Source of the DNA: a virus | Lineage: Duplodnaviria > Caudoviricetes | Direction: 5' to 3' (one strand) | Length of the DNA: 38,472 bases | IMG/VR virus record: IMGVR_UViG_3300027711_000008 | Coordinates: 1 to 38,472 of that record | Part shown: piece by piece, positions 1 to 9,189 of the stretch | Layout of the letters: each line of letters begins with the position of its first letter | Numbering within the stretch: the first letter of the stretch is position 1 | Notes under the pieces: generated by a model | What the model saw: only the letters and a program-made list of their open reading frames with translations | Database searches by the model: none | Told to the model about the DNA's origin: nothing | Position numbers and translations under genes: made by a program

Positions 1-127
1 GCAGCAACTACATGACGCACTGGAAGCAGATCGCTGTGCTCGTGAGCCTCATCCCGCTGCTCTCGGTGACTGGCTGCGCAAGCACTCAGACGGTCTATAA
101 GACCAACACGATCTATCGCAACCCTCC
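1..127. repeat. Exact 127-bp direct repeat, copy 1 (circular/assembly overlap)
   Basis: 1-127 identical to 37311-37437; the copies diverge at 128/37438. Confidence 0.95.
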
Positions 128-278
128 GGCGTTCCTGCTTGCCGACTGCCCAGTGCCTGAGTACACAGGTACGCAATGGGGCGACGTTGTGGCGTATGCG
201 GGGGAGGTTCAGACGATGTTGAGCATCTGTAACACGGACAAGGAATTGCTGAGAGAGTGGGTGGGTACGCATGACTGA
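12..278 (+). CDS. o-spanin (Rz1-like lipoprotein), allele A
   Basis: Signal peptide with lipobox-like VTGC, Pro-rich segment, two further Cys; overlaps the 3' end of the i-spanin (stop at 100). Confidence 0.8.
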   Translation: MTHWKQIAVLVSLIPLLSVTGCASTQTVYKTNTIYRNPPAFLLADCPVPEYTGTQWGDVVAYAGEVQTMLSICNTDKELLREWVGTHD

Positions 279-651
279 TTTTCCCGACTATAAAACCGTT
301 TCGGTTAACAGCTTGGTGCCCTACGCCCGCAACAGCCGCACTCACAGCGATGAGCAAGTGGCGCAGATAGCGGCCTCAATAAAAGAATTCGGATTCCTGA
401 ATCCCATAATTATGGATGGCGAGAACGGCATTATTGCAGGCCATGGACGCGTATTGGCTGCGCAGAAGTTGGGCCTTGAGCCGCTGCCTTGCGTGGGGGC
501 GTCCCACTTGACGGACGCCCAGCGCAAGGCATACGTAATCGTTCGCCGATGGCAAGATTTCACCGGCAAGCAAGCCACGCTGGAAGCGACCGGAGAGACA
601 TTCGAGGAGGTGAGTGATGGCAGAGAAGCGCCGGACCAAGCCGCCTCATGA
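271..651 (+). CDS. ParB/Srx N-terminal domain protein; probably an internally deleted ParB-DNA methyltransferase
   Basis: LVPYARNSRTH...IKEFGFLNPI...IIAGHGRVLAA ParB motif fused directly to VIVRRWQDFTGKQATLE, the usual C-terminal tail of phage ParB-MTases. Confidence 0.75.
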   Translation: MTDFPDYKTVSVNSLVPYARNSRTHSDEQVAQIAASIKEFGFLNPIIMDGENGIIAGHGRVLAAQKLGLEPLPCVGASHLTDAQRKAYVIVRRWQDFTGKQATLEATGETFEEVSDGREAPDQAAS

Positions 652-964
652 GCCGACCAAGGCCACCCGCGACACCGTGCAGATGCACACCCTGGTCGGC
701 ACCACGCAGGGCGACATTGCTCGCGTCATCGGGATTGACGAGAAGACGCTGCGCAAGCATTACCGCGATGAGCTAGATCTAGCGAAGGCGAAGGCCAACG
801 CAACCATTGGTGGTGCGCTGTTCAATAAGGCCAAGGCAGGCGATACCACGGCTATGATTTTCTGGATGAAGACGCAGGCCGGGTGGCGCGAGAAAGCCCC
901 CGAAGGCGGCTCCGACGACATGGCCGCCGCCCTAGCCAAGCTAGCGGAGAGCCTGCCCGGATGA
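614..964 (+). CDS. terS: Terminase small subunit, allele A (HTH type)
   Basis: HTH (TQGDIARVIGIDEKTLRKHY), GDTTAMIFWMKTQAGW motif, immediately upstream of terL with ATGA overlap. Confidence 0.75.
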   Translation: MMAEKRRTKPPHEPTKATRDTVQMHTLVGTTQGDIARVIGIDEKTLRKHYRDELDLAKAKANATIGGALFNKAKAGDTTAMIFWMKTQAGWREKAPEGGSDDMAAALAKLAESLPG

Positions 965-2274
965 ATCCCGCCTTGCAGCGCCAACTGGACCGCTGGTATG
1001 GCCTCAAGGACATCCCCGAGCAGGTCCGGCTCATTACCGAGGATTACCGCTTCAAAGTGGTTCCCGCTGGCCGTCGCTCCGGCAAGACCGAGCGAGCCAA
1101 ACGGTTTCTGGCCAAGCAGGCTATGAAGAATCCCGGCGAAACCTACTTCGCAGCCGCACCGACTCAGGACCAGGCCAAAAAGATTTGGTTCGACGACCTG
1201 TGTGCCCTGACACTTTCATCTGCGCACCCGACACGGCCAAAGGTTAGCCCTCAGCCGATTATCACGCTGCCTAACGAAACCGAGATTCATATCATCGGGC
1301 TTGACAAGCCGCAGCGGATTGAAGGCATTGGCTGGACGGGCGGGATCATTGACGAGATTGCAGACATCAAGGGCAGCGCTTGGGAGGCAAACATTCTCCC
1401 GGCCCTGAACACGGTTAACCCCTTGCGCCCTGACTATCGCGCTTGGTGCTGGTTGATAGGCGTGCCGGACGGCCTGAACCACTATTACGAGCTTTACCAG
1501 TACGCGCTCAACTCAGGAGACCCAGATTGGGCCGGATATCACTGGAAGTCTGCCGAGATACTGCCAGCCGATGTGATTGAATCCGCCAAACGGGTTATGT
1601 CGGCGAAGCAGTACAAGCAGGAGTTTGAGGCAAGCTTTGAGACTGCAACGGGGCGGATATACGAGGACTACGGCCGTGCCAACCACACCAGCGCCACTAT
1701 CGAGCCGCACGAGCAGCTTTGCTGGATGCACGACCAGAACTTTACGCCGCTGTCCTCAGCCATTGGCGTGAGGCGCGATAATGATTTGTATCTGCTGGAT
1801 GAGATCGTGCTGGAAAGCGCCATCAGCAAGCAGTCAGCCCTTGAGTTTGTGTCGAAGTACGCCGATCACAAGAACAAGCACGTCTTGATATACGGCGATC
1901 CGGCAGGCAAGGCGGGCGAAAAGCACGGCCACGCATCCGACTACACCGACATTGAAGGCGTTCTGAAGTCGAACGGCTGGGGCTACACCCGCAAGGTTAA
2001 GAAGGCACACCCGGCCATCAAGGACCGGCAGAACGCTGTCAGGGCAAAGATTTGCACCGCTTCCGGTGATCGTAGCCTGTTTGTAAACCCTTCAACGGCG
2101 GTTTGGTGTGACAAAGGCTTGTCTACCGTCCAACTTCAGAAGGGCTCGACGTTTCAGGAAGATCAGAAAAACGAATACCAGCACATCACCACGGCCATCG
2201 GCTATATGGTCGATGTTGAGTGGCCAGTTGACCGCAAAGCAGCGGGAATGAAACGAATCAGAGGTCTAGCCTAA
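961..2274 (+). CDS. terL: Terminase large subunit
   Basis: Walker A AGRRSGKT, Walker B GIIDE, C-terminal nuclease domain (YGDPAG); start moved to ATG 961 overlapping the terS stop. Confidence 0.93.
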   Translation: MNPALQRQLDRWYGLKDIPEQVRLITEDYRFKVVPAGRRSGKTERAKRFLAKQAMKNPGETYFAAAPTQDQAKKIWFDDLCALTLSSAHPTRPKVSPQPIITLPNETEIHIIGLDKPQRIEGIGWTGGIIDEIADIKGSAWEANILPALNTVNPLRPDYRAWCWLIGVPDGLNHYYELYQYALNSGDPDWAGYHWKSAEILPADVIESAKRVMSAKQYKQEFEASFETATGRIYEDYGRANHTSATIEPHEQLCWMHDQNFTPLSSAIGVRRDNDLYLLDEIVLESAISKQSALEFVSKYADHKNKHVLIYGDPAGKAGEKHGHASDYTDIEGVLKSNGWGYTRKVKKAHPAIKDRQNAVRAKICTASGDRSLFVNPSTAVWCDKGLSTVQLQKGSTFQEDQKNEYQHITTAIGYMVDVEWPVDRKAAGMKRIRGLA

Positions 2275-3665
2275 TGCCAGTTAGCAGCACGCACCCGCAA
2301 TACGATCAGATTGCCGGCGACTGGCAGCGGATGGACGACGCCCTGGCCAAAGGCTCAGCGGTTAAAGACGCTGGCACCAAGTACCTGCCGAAAACATCCG
2401 GTATGCGTGAGGCCGAGGTAGCCGCCGCTGGCCAAGAGGCCATGCTGACGCCTGCACAAGCCCGTCAGTTATACGAAGCATACAAGGACAGGGCGGTCTA
2501 TCCGCTTTGGGTGAAAGACGGACTGCGTACGATGATGGGCCTGCTGTCACGGCAAGAGCTAGAGATTCAGCTACCGCCACGACTCCAGGCGCTTGAGAAT
2601 AACGCTACATCAGACGGATTCAGCACCAAGCAATTGTGGTTGCGGGTGTGTGTGGCGCTGCTATCAAAGGGCCGCGCACCCATGGCCGCAGATATTGACG
2701 AAGATGGCAATCCCTACGTAGCCGAGTACAGCGCCGAGAGCGGTATAAACTGGATGGTGGCGAACAACCGTGGGCGCAGTGACTTAACGCTGGCCGTGTT
2801 TCGCGAGAAGCGCAAGGTTGATGCAGGTGATGAATTTAGCCATGCCACCGAAGACGTGTACCGCGTGTTTTCCCTCATGGATGGGCAAGCTGTTGTTCGC
2901 GTACTTAAAGAGGACGGCGAAGAGATTGATGGTGATTTTATTGGCAACGAGTCACCGGGCAACACTAAACCGCTGACATTCTTGCCGGTTGTATTTGCAG
3001 GCACCACCGACAACAACCCCGATATTGACGAGATCCCGCTGCTATCCATGGCGCAGGCTGCGCTCAAGTATTACCAAGTGTCGGCTGATTACTACACCAG
3101 CATGCACTACACCAGCCACCCGCAGCCGGTTGTTACTGGCCTGCCGGACGATGCCGAGTTGCGCGTCACCGGGCCGATGGCCGCGTGGATGCTGCCCAGC
3201 GATGGCGATGCCAAGTATCTGGAATTTACCGGCGCAGGCATTGAGGCCAACCGCCAAGCCATGACTGATCAGCGTGATGCCGCCATGGAGGCGGGCGCAA
3301 AGGTGATGGACGTGGGCGCAGAGTCTGGCGAGGCCCGCAAGACACGGCAAGACGATCAGCATATGACGCTTTACGGCGTGGCCAAACAAGCTGCCGCCGC
3401 AATCAATCAGCTGTACCGCTATCTGGCCGAGTGGATGGGTGCAGATGTTGAAGGCGTAAACGTAGAGGTTGAGCCAAAATTCAGCCGCCAAGAGCTTGAT
3501 TCAGCCATGCTTCAGATTGTCTCCAACATGCGTTTGGCTGGCGAAGTTCCAAGGCAGGTTGTTTATGAGGCTATGCGTAAGGCTCAGGTAACAGAGCTTA
3601 CCGACGATCAGCTTGACGCCCTGAACGAAGGCGGGGATTTGATCGATGACGAAGACGCAGAGTAA
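2274..3665 (+). CDS. Portal protein (DUF4055-like)
   Basis: 463 aa after terL; HPQY, YLPK, YKDRAVY, DEIPLL motifs typical of this portal family. Confidence 0.85.
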   Translation: MPVSSTHPQYDQIAGDWQRMDDALAKGSAVKDAGTKYLPKTSGMREAEVAAAGQEAMLTPAQARQLYEAYKDRAVYPLWVKDGLRTMMGLLSRQELEIQLPPRLQALENNATSDGFSTKQLWLRVCVALLSKGRAPMAADIDEDGNPYVAEYSAESGINWMVANNRGRSDLTLAVFREKRKVDAGDEFSHATEDVYRVFSLMDGQAVVRVLKEDGEEIDGDFIGNESPGNTKPLTFLPVVFAGTTDNNPDIDEIPLLSMAQAALKYYQVSADYYTSMHYTSHPQPVVTGLPDDAELRVTGPMAAWMLPSDGDAKYLEFTGAGIEANRQAMTDQRDAAMEAGAKVMDVGAESGEARKTRQDDQHMTLYGVAKQAAAAINQLYRYLAEWMGADVEGVNVEVEPKFSRQELDSAMLQIVSNMRLAGEVPRQVVYEAMRKAQVTELTDDQLDALNEGGDLIDDEDAE

Positions 3666-4794
3666 GGCCGCCAAGGCCACGGCACAGCGCAAGATTGTCG
3701 AATCGATTGCGCGACATACAGCATGGCTTCACAGGGCGGCAACGGCTCAAGTTAACGACCTGACCGAGATCATCGACAAGTCAGGCGGCACTCTAGCAAG
3801 GCTGCTTAATGACCGGCTCGACAATCTGACACCGGCTGAGCTCAAGGCGTTTTCACAGGGCAAGTACACCACCAGCAGGCTCAAAGGCTTGCGCAAAGAA
3901 ATGGACGCGTGGGCAAAAGCCCTTACCAGCGAAGTCACGCAAGCCAGTTTTGAGGGCTTCGAGAAGTTAGCCGGCTACGAGGCCAGTTACGCACGAGAGA
4001 CGCTATCCGGTGCACTGACTGATACGAAGCTGCCGGCAGCACCTGCAGCCGCCGCAGCGATGAAAGCGGCCAAAGATGCGCCCGTGCTCGGGCAAATGCT
4101 AAGCGACCTTGTTAGCGACGTTACATCGCCGGTTAAGAAGCGCATTTATTCAACGATCCGGCAAGGCATCAGCGAAGGCCAGACAAACCAGCAAATCGTT
4201 CGGGCTTTACGTGGCACCAAGGCGCTGCAATTTAAAGATGGTGTATTGCAAACCACCCGGCGCGATGCAGAGCGCATGGTGAGAACCTGTAGAAACCACG
4301 TGTCGAACACAGCCATGAACGAAACATATCAGGCGCTCGGCGTGGAAGAGGTTGTTTGGACGAGTACCCTGGACGGTAGAACGTCAGATGTTTGCGCCAC
4401 TAGGGATGGCACCCGCTATAAGGTCGGCAGCAACCACCCTACGCCTCCCGCGCACCCGAACTGTAGAAGCATTATCGCCCCATCACTGGACGGCGACATA
4501 ATTGGACAGCGCCCATACGTCAGAGCTTTCGAGCCAGTCGGAAAGATACCGAAGGGCAAGCGCCCTGACGATATGATCGGCCAAGTATCAGCCAAAACCA
4601 CCTATGCGGACTGGTTCGGAAGGCAGCCGGCAAGCTTTCAAAAGGAGTGGCTTGGCCCAAGCCGGTACAAGCTATACAAGAAGGGTGATTACAAGCTTGA
4701 TCGCTTCGTTGATCCGACAGGAAAGCGTCTGACTCTGGATGAATTGCGGATTAAAGACCGCGAGACTTTCAGTGAGATATTCGGAAATCCCTAA
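3646..4794 (+). CDS. Minor head morphogenesis protein (SPP1 gp7 / Mu F-like)
   Basis: WTSTLDGRTSDVC...PPAHPNCRS motif, follows portal. Confidence 0.88.
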   Translation: MTKTQSKAAKATAQRKIVESIARHTAWLHRAATAQVNDLTEIIDKSGGTLARLLNDRLDNLTPAELKAFSQGKYTTSRLKGLRKEMDAWAKALTSEVTQASFEGFEKLAGYEASYARETLSGALTDTKLPAAPAAAAAMKAAKDAPVLGQMLSDLVSDVTSPVKKRIYSTIRQGISEGQTNQQIVRALRGTKALQFKDGVLQTTRRDAERMVRTCRNHVSNTAMNETYQALGVEEVVWTSTLDGRTSDVCATRDGTRYKVGSNHPTPPAHPNCRSIIAPSLDGDIIGQRPYVRAFEPVGKIPKGKRPDDMIGQVSAKTTYADWFGRQPASFQKEWLGPSRYKLYKKGDYKLDRFVDPTGKRLTLDELRIKDRETFSEIFGNP

Positions 4795-4805
4795 TAACTG
4801 AAACC

Positions 4806-4830
4806 AGCCGGCCATTGAGTCGGCTTTTTA
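4806..4830 (+). terminator. Intrinsic terminator-like hairpin
   Basis: AGCCGGC-CATTGA-GTCGGCT followed by T tract. Confidence 0.5.
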
Positions 4831-4871
4831 ATGCCTACAAGGTAGGCCACAACGCTCAAGGAGCAGAAGCC

Positions 4872-5594
4872 ATGATTGATTTTGACGAACTCGGTATAGA
4901 GCTAGACGACGAAGTGAAGCAGAAGATTGCAGCAGCAGCGACAAAGGCGCACGAAGCAGACGTGGCCGGCCTGAAGGCCAAGCGTGACGAGTTGCTAGGC
5001 GCGCAAAGCAAGCTCAAGGAGCAGTTGCAGCAGTTTGAAGGCATCGACCCAGCCCGAGCCAGGCACCTTGAGTCAGTGCTATCCGAGAACGAAGAAGCAA
5101 AGTTAATTGCTGACGGCAAAATTGACGAGCTGATTAGCAAGCGACTCAGCCGAGAACAGGCAACATGGCAAAGCCAGATTGAGCAGAGAGACACTGAAGC
5201 GCAGCAACTACGCCAGCAGATCGAAGGGCTACAGGGTGCTACGATCAACAGCGGCATTGCAACGGCTGCACAGAAAGCAGGGCTGGCACCCACTGCCATT
5301 GAGGATGCCCAGCTACTAGCAGGGCACGCGGGCTGGAAGGTCGAAGATGGCGTCCCGGTCCTGCGTAAAGGTGAAGAAGTGGTAAGGGGCAAAAACGGCC
5401 CGATCACATTTGAAGAATGGCTGGAATCGCAACGCGATACTCGGCCCCACTGGTTCCCGACTCCCAAGGGGAGCGGCGCACAAGGCAACAGGTCAGGCGA
5501 GGCTTCGACCAAGACAATTGAACGATCAGCCTTTGACTCAATGGACGGCACGCAGAAGCGCGAGTTCTTGAGCAAGGGCGGCAAAGTAATCTAA
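4872..5594 (+). CDS. Capsid scaffolding protein
   Basis: Coiled-coil, acidic, PHWF..GSG motif; AAGGAG RBS before ATG 4872; precedes capsid gene. Confidence 0.75.
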   Translation: MIDFDELGIELDDEVKQKIAAAATKAHEADVAGLKAKRDELLGAQSKLKEQLQQFEGIDPARARHLESVLSENEEAKLIADGKIDELISKRLSREQATWQSQIEQRDTEAQQLRQQIEGLQGATINSGIATAAQKAGLAPTAIEDAQLLAGHAGWKVEDGVPVLRKGEEVVRGKNGPITFEEWLESQRDTRPHWFPTPKGSGAQGNRSGEASTKTIERSAFDSMDGTQKREFLSKGGKVI

Positions 5595-5609
5595 TTCGAG
5601 GCTTTAACT

Positions 5610-6752
5610 ATGAGCAATACACTGACTGATTTAATCCCTGATTTGTACGCGTCTCTTGACGTTGTATCCCGAGAGTTGGTTGGCATGATTCCCGCCGTTA
5701 CCGTGGACGCACGCACCAACCGTGCGGCCCTTAACCAAGATGTTGTTGTGCCTATCGTTCCGACCTCAAACAGCAAGACCGCAACCACTCCGGCTATGTC
5801 TGTCCCGACAGCGGCTGACCAAGTAATCGGCAACACCAAGGTCAAGATCAGCAATTCTTTTGCTGTGCCATTTTCGTGGTCTGGCAGCGAGCAGGACGGG
5901 CTGAACAGCAACGGTGCTGGCTATCTGCCGATTCGGGCTAATCAAATTGTGCAGGCAATGCGCACTCTGACCAACGCGGTAGAAGCAGATCTCACCGGGT
6001 TGTACAAAACATTTAGCCGCGCAGCTGGCAAGTCAGGAACCGTCCCGTTTGCAACCGCTGGCGACTTCTCCGATGCGTCCCAGACACTGAAGATCCTGAA
6101 GGACAACGGCGCTCCGGTATCTGATAACCACCTGATCCTTGGGACTGGCGCTGGCGCTAACTTCCTTGGCAAGCAGGCTCAGGTGCAAATGCAGGGCACC
6201 GACAGCATCCTCCGGCAAGGCGTTCTGGCCAGCACCTCCGGTATGGATTTGCGTGAGTCTGGGCAGATCGTGACGCCTTCCAGCACGCCCGCGACAGGCC
6301 ACCTGGCTGACGGTGCGCACGCTATCGGAGCTACAACCATCAAAGTTAAGACCGGAACCACAGAAATCTTCGCGGGCGATGTTGTGACGTTTGCTGACGA
6401 TGCTAATCAGTACGTTGTCGCAGTTGGTTTATCTGGCGGCGGTGGCGATATTGAGATAGGCGCTCCCGGCTTGCGGCAGGCGCTAGCTACCGGGAAGGCT
6501 ATGACCGTTGTGGCGCAAGCCCCGAGAAACCTTGGCTTCAACCGCTCTGCAATCGTTCTGGCTACCCGTATGCCCGAGCGCCCGCAAGAGGGCGACATGG
6601 CGCTTGATGTGTTGACCATCACCGACCCGCGCTCCGGCCTTGCCTTCGAGGTGAGCATGTACCCGGGATACCGGATGGTTCGCTATGAGATCGCGCTGGC
6701 TTGGGGTGTAGCTAACATCAAGCCTGAGCACACAGCAATCCTGCTGGGCTAA
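5610..6752 (+). CDS. Major capsid protein (P22 coat-like family)
   Basis: 380 aa, NTLTDLIPDLYASLDVVSRELVG start and ITDPRSGLAFEV...YEIALAWGV end; GAGG RBS. Confidence 0.88.
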   Translation: MSNTLTDLIPDLYASLDVVSRELVGMIPAVTVDARTNRAALNQDVVVPIVPTSNSKTATTPAMSVPTAADQVIGNTKVKISNSFAVPFSWSGSEQDGLNSNGAGYLPIRANQIVQAMRTLTNAVEADLTGLYKTFSRAAGKSGTVPFATAGDFSDASQTLKILKDNGAPVSDNHLILGTGAGANFLGKQAQVQMQGTDSILRQGVLASTSGMDLRESGQIVTPSSTPATGHLADGAHAIGATTIKVKTGTTEIFAGDVVTFADDANQYVVAVGLSGGGGDIEIGAPGLRQALATGKAMTVVAQAPRNLGFNRSAIVLATRMPERPQEGDMALDVLTITDPRSGLAFEVSMYPGYRMVRYEIALAWGVANIKPEHTAILLG

Positions 6753-6756
6753 AAAC

Positions 6757-6780
6757 ACGGGGCTTCGGCCCCGTACTTAT
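6757..6780 (+). terminator. UUCG-tetraloop hairpin after capsid gene
   Basis: ACGGGGC-TTCG-GCCCCGT; weak T tail. Confidence 0.55.
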
Positions 6781-6793
6781 TCAAGGGGGCGCT

Positions 6794-7168
6794 ATGATCG
6801 AGTACATAACCGTTGGCGACGTTGATAGCGCTCTGCCTGCTGACTGGGAAGGCACGGGCGACAAAGACGAAGCCGTGCTTCAGGCCAACGCTTATCTAAA
6901 CACGCTGAGGTTTAAGGCATGGGATACGCAGCCAGACGCCGTTACCCGCGCAGGCGCTGAGCTGGCGAGAGAGTCAGCCGCTGGCAACCTGTACCAATCG
7001 ACGGACGGCACTGTAAAGCGTAAGAAAGTAAAGGCCGACACTGTAGAATCAGAAAAGGAATACGCCGACGGAAGCATTGCCAGATCCGGTTCCATGCAGT
7101 TTGTTGATGCGCTGCTTGAGCCGTGGATTGTGTCGGGTGGCTCTGTTCAGCTACTGCGGAGGCTGTAA
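6794..7168 (+). CDS. Head-tail adaptor/connector protein
   Basis: Synteny after capsid; YITV...ANAYL...KKVKADTVE pattern. Confidence 0.65.
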   Translation: MIEYITVGDVDSALPADWEGTGDKDEAVLQANAYLNTLRFKAWDTQPDAVTRAGAELARESAAGNLYQSTDGTVKRKKVKADTVESEKEYADGSIARSGSMQFVDALLEPWIVSGGSVQLLRRL

Positions 7169-7557
7169 TGGGGCTACGCTCTGAAATACAGGCCGATATT
7201 GCTGAGGCATTCGACACCGACTTAGCGGACGCTGTGCAGACGTTTTCAGGTTCGCGAACAGTGCAAGGCAGCTATGACCCGGCAACCGGCACCAGCACAA
7301 CTACCACTGTGACTTATACAGGGCGCGGGGTTTTTGGCTCTTTCAAGGCTGAAGAGCTGAATCAGCATATTGTCAGTACTGATGAGAAGCTATACGGCAT
7401 TTTGCAAAACGAGCTTTTGGTGAACGACGAGCAGGGCCAGCCAACCTCCGTGCCAGCGACCCCTGAGACTAGCGACTTGATCAGTGGCAAGCGGGTTGTT
7501 GCCGTGATGCGTGACCCAGCTTCAGCAACGTGGACAGTAGCCCTACGAAAAACCTGA
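7168..7557 (+). CDS. Head closure/neck protein
   Basis: TAATG coupling to upstream gene; GSYDPATG and DPASATW motifs. Confidence 0.6.
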   Translation: MGLRSEIQADIAEAFDTDLADAVQTFSGSRTVQGSYDPATGTSTTTTVTYTGRGVFGSFKAEELNQHIVSTDEKLYGILQNELLVNDEQGQPTSVPATPETSDLISGKRVVAVMRDPASATWTVALRKT

Positions 7558-7619
7558 TACAATTGTTGCGTGCGGCTAGACCGGCCAGTCGAAAAGGGTA
7601 TCGCCTACCCCTGCCGCAC
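7555..7619 (+). promoter_or_regulatory. Extended -10 promoter plus structured RNA leader of the endonuclease gene
   Basis: TGATACAAT at 7555-7563, then multi-stem element GTGCGGC...GCCGCAC 7570-7619. Confidence 0.5.
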
Positions 7620-7649
7620 TCTTTCAAGGCGATAACACGAGGCGATGTT

Positions 7650-8282
7650 ATGAAGAAATGCACGAATTGTCAGAAGGTTAAGCCGTTTTCGGAATTCTGG
7701 AAAAGGAAGCAGTCTCTGGACGGACTCCAGCACAGATGCAGGGAGTGCTTGAGCAAAAGGTTTTCGGAATATCGCAAATCCAAGCGAGGGATAATCAACC
7801 AGATTTATCGGAACCAGGTTTCAAGCGCAAAGCAAAGAGGTATGGCGCTGCCGGAATATTCCATAGCAGAGTTCTATGACTGGATTATTTCAAAAAGAGC
7901 GTTTCATCGCATTTACAATGAGTGGGTGAATAGCGGATACAAGGAAACTGAAGTACCTAGTTGCGACAGAGTTAATGACAGAATCAGTTACAGGTTTGAC
8001 AATATAAGGGTCGTGGCCTGGAAGGATAATTGGCATAAGATCCATGATGACGTAAAGTCAGGCAGGAACACGAAGAGATGCACTGCTGTAGATCAGCTTT
8101 CTTTAGATGGAAGGCTTGTCCAGAGGCACCACTCTATGTCGGCCGCTGCAAGATCAGTGAAAGGCAGCCAAGGAACGATTTGGAAAGCCGTAAATAATCA
8201 ATCGATTCAGATGTATGGTTATCGATGGCGATATTCTCTGGAAGAAAATGATAACTCAGAGATCATTAAAAAATCCGCGTAA
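7650..8282 (+). CDS. Free-standing HNH-like (homing) endonuclease with N-terminal Zn finger and C-terminal NUMOD1-like HTH
   Basis: CxxC..CxxC, PSCDRVND..Y.FDNIRVV..KDN betabetaalpha-like motif, VDQLSLDG...SMSAAARSV...YGYRWRY; AT-richer than flanks; interrupts neck gene cluster. Confidence 0.7.
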   Translation: MKKCTNCQKVKPFSEFWKRKQSLDGLQHRCRECLSKRFSEYRKSKRGIINQIYRNQVSSAKQRGMALPEYSIAEFYDWIISKRAFHRIYNEWVNSGYKETEVPSCDRVNDRISYRFDNIRVVAWKDNWHKIHDDVKSGRNTKRCTAVDQLSLDGRLVQRHHSMSAAARSVKGSQGTIWKAVNNQSIQMYGYRWRYSLEENDNSEIIKKSA

Positions 8283-8296
8283 CAAACCATCAAAAC

Positions 8297-8322
8297 AGGC
8301 CCGCCAAGTGCGGGCTTTTTTG
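8297..8322 (+). terminator. Intrinsic terminator
   Basis: AGGCCCGC-CAAGT-GCGGGCTT plus T tract. Confidence 0.75.
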
Positions 8323-8338
8323 TGGGCAGGAGGAAGAC

Positions 8339-8719
8339 ATGAGCTGGTCCCGCTCGCTATCAGGCTTTACTGATCAGGTAGAGAAAGATCTGACGAAGAA
8401 GCAAAAGGATATGGCCGTTTACGCACTACAGCAGATCATATTCGGATCGCCGGTAATGGACGGAACCTATCGCGGCAATCACCGGGTCACGGTTAACGGC
8501 GAGACTCAGGACTACGACCTAAGCACTGCCGACAAGTCAGGGCAGATGACGCTCAACGAAGGGCTGCAAGTCATCGGATCAATATCCAGACCGTTCGGAA
8601 CCGTAACCATTCAGAATAACTTACCGTACGGCGAGCGATTAGAAAACGGTTGGTCAGACCAGGCGCCCGCAGGCGTTTATAGCGTTGCCGAGCAAAGCAC
8701 AAAGGAGCGGTTTAAATGA
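8339..8719 (+). CDS. Tail completion protein (HK97 gp10-like)
   Basis: SPVMDGTYRGNH...NNLPYGERLENGWSDQAPAGV. Confidence 0.8.
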   Translation: MSWSRSLSGFTDQVEKDLTKKQKDMAVYALQQIIFGSPVMDGTYRGNHRVTVNGETQDYDLSTADKSGQMTLNEGLQVIGSISRPFGTVTIQNNLPYGERLENGWSDQAPAGVYSVAEQSTKERFK

Positions 8720-9111
8720 CCTTTGAGGACATAAGAAAAACCGTTGAGGTGCGCATGGCCGCATGGGCGACCGCTAAAACTATCTCTGTGGCTTACGACA
8801 ACGTGAAGCCTTCATTCGATACTGCCGCATTAGACAAGTGGGTGCGATGTACGATCATTGACGGCGACAGCTTCACAGCCGGCATCGGTAGCGACCCTTG
8901 CGTGCGCAGAGTTGGGCTTGTATCCATGCAGATTTTCACGAGGCGCGATAAGGGCTCACTGGCAGCCAGAGAGATTGCCACTAGCCTTGCCAGCCACTGG
9001 GAGTATTACCAGAGCGGCGGGTTTAGCACTCAGGCAGCGCGGCTAATAAACGTCGGTCCTGATGACAATTACTATCAACTTAACTTGCAGGTCGGCTTCA
9101 CCGCCGATTAA
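8716..9111 (+). CDS. Tail terminator protein
   Basis: Synteny before tail tube; VAYDN, WVR, GLVSMQIF motifs. Confidence 0.7.
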   Translation: MTFEDIRKTVEVRMAAWATAKTISVAYDNVKPSFDTAALDKWVRCTIIDGDSFTAGIGSDPCVRRVGLVSMQIFTRRDKGSLAAREIATSLASHWEYYQSGGFSTQAARLINVGPDDNYYQLNLQVGFTAD

Positions 9112-9131
9112 CCACCAAGCACCACCCAACC

Positions 9132-9155
9132 AGCCCGCCTCGATGCGGGTTTTTT
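9132..9155 (+). terminator. Intrinsic terminator
   Basis: AGCCCGC-CTCGAT-GCGGGTT plus T tract. Confidence 0.7.
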
Positions 9156-9189
9156 AATACCTAACTGAAAAACCCGAGAGGTAATAGAG

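Noticed and set aside
1-127. Biological direct terminal repeat of the virion DNA
   Set aside because: Second copy is internal (37311), length equals a typical assembly k-mer, and it falls mid-gene
883-960. Upstream extension of terL in the ORF track
   Set aside because: Overlaps terS; ATG 961 matches the allele B start and the ATGA coupling
4856-5584. 242-aa minus-strand ORF and similar antisense ORFs across the structural operon
   Set aside because: Ser/Ala-rich shadows of well-supported plus-strand genes
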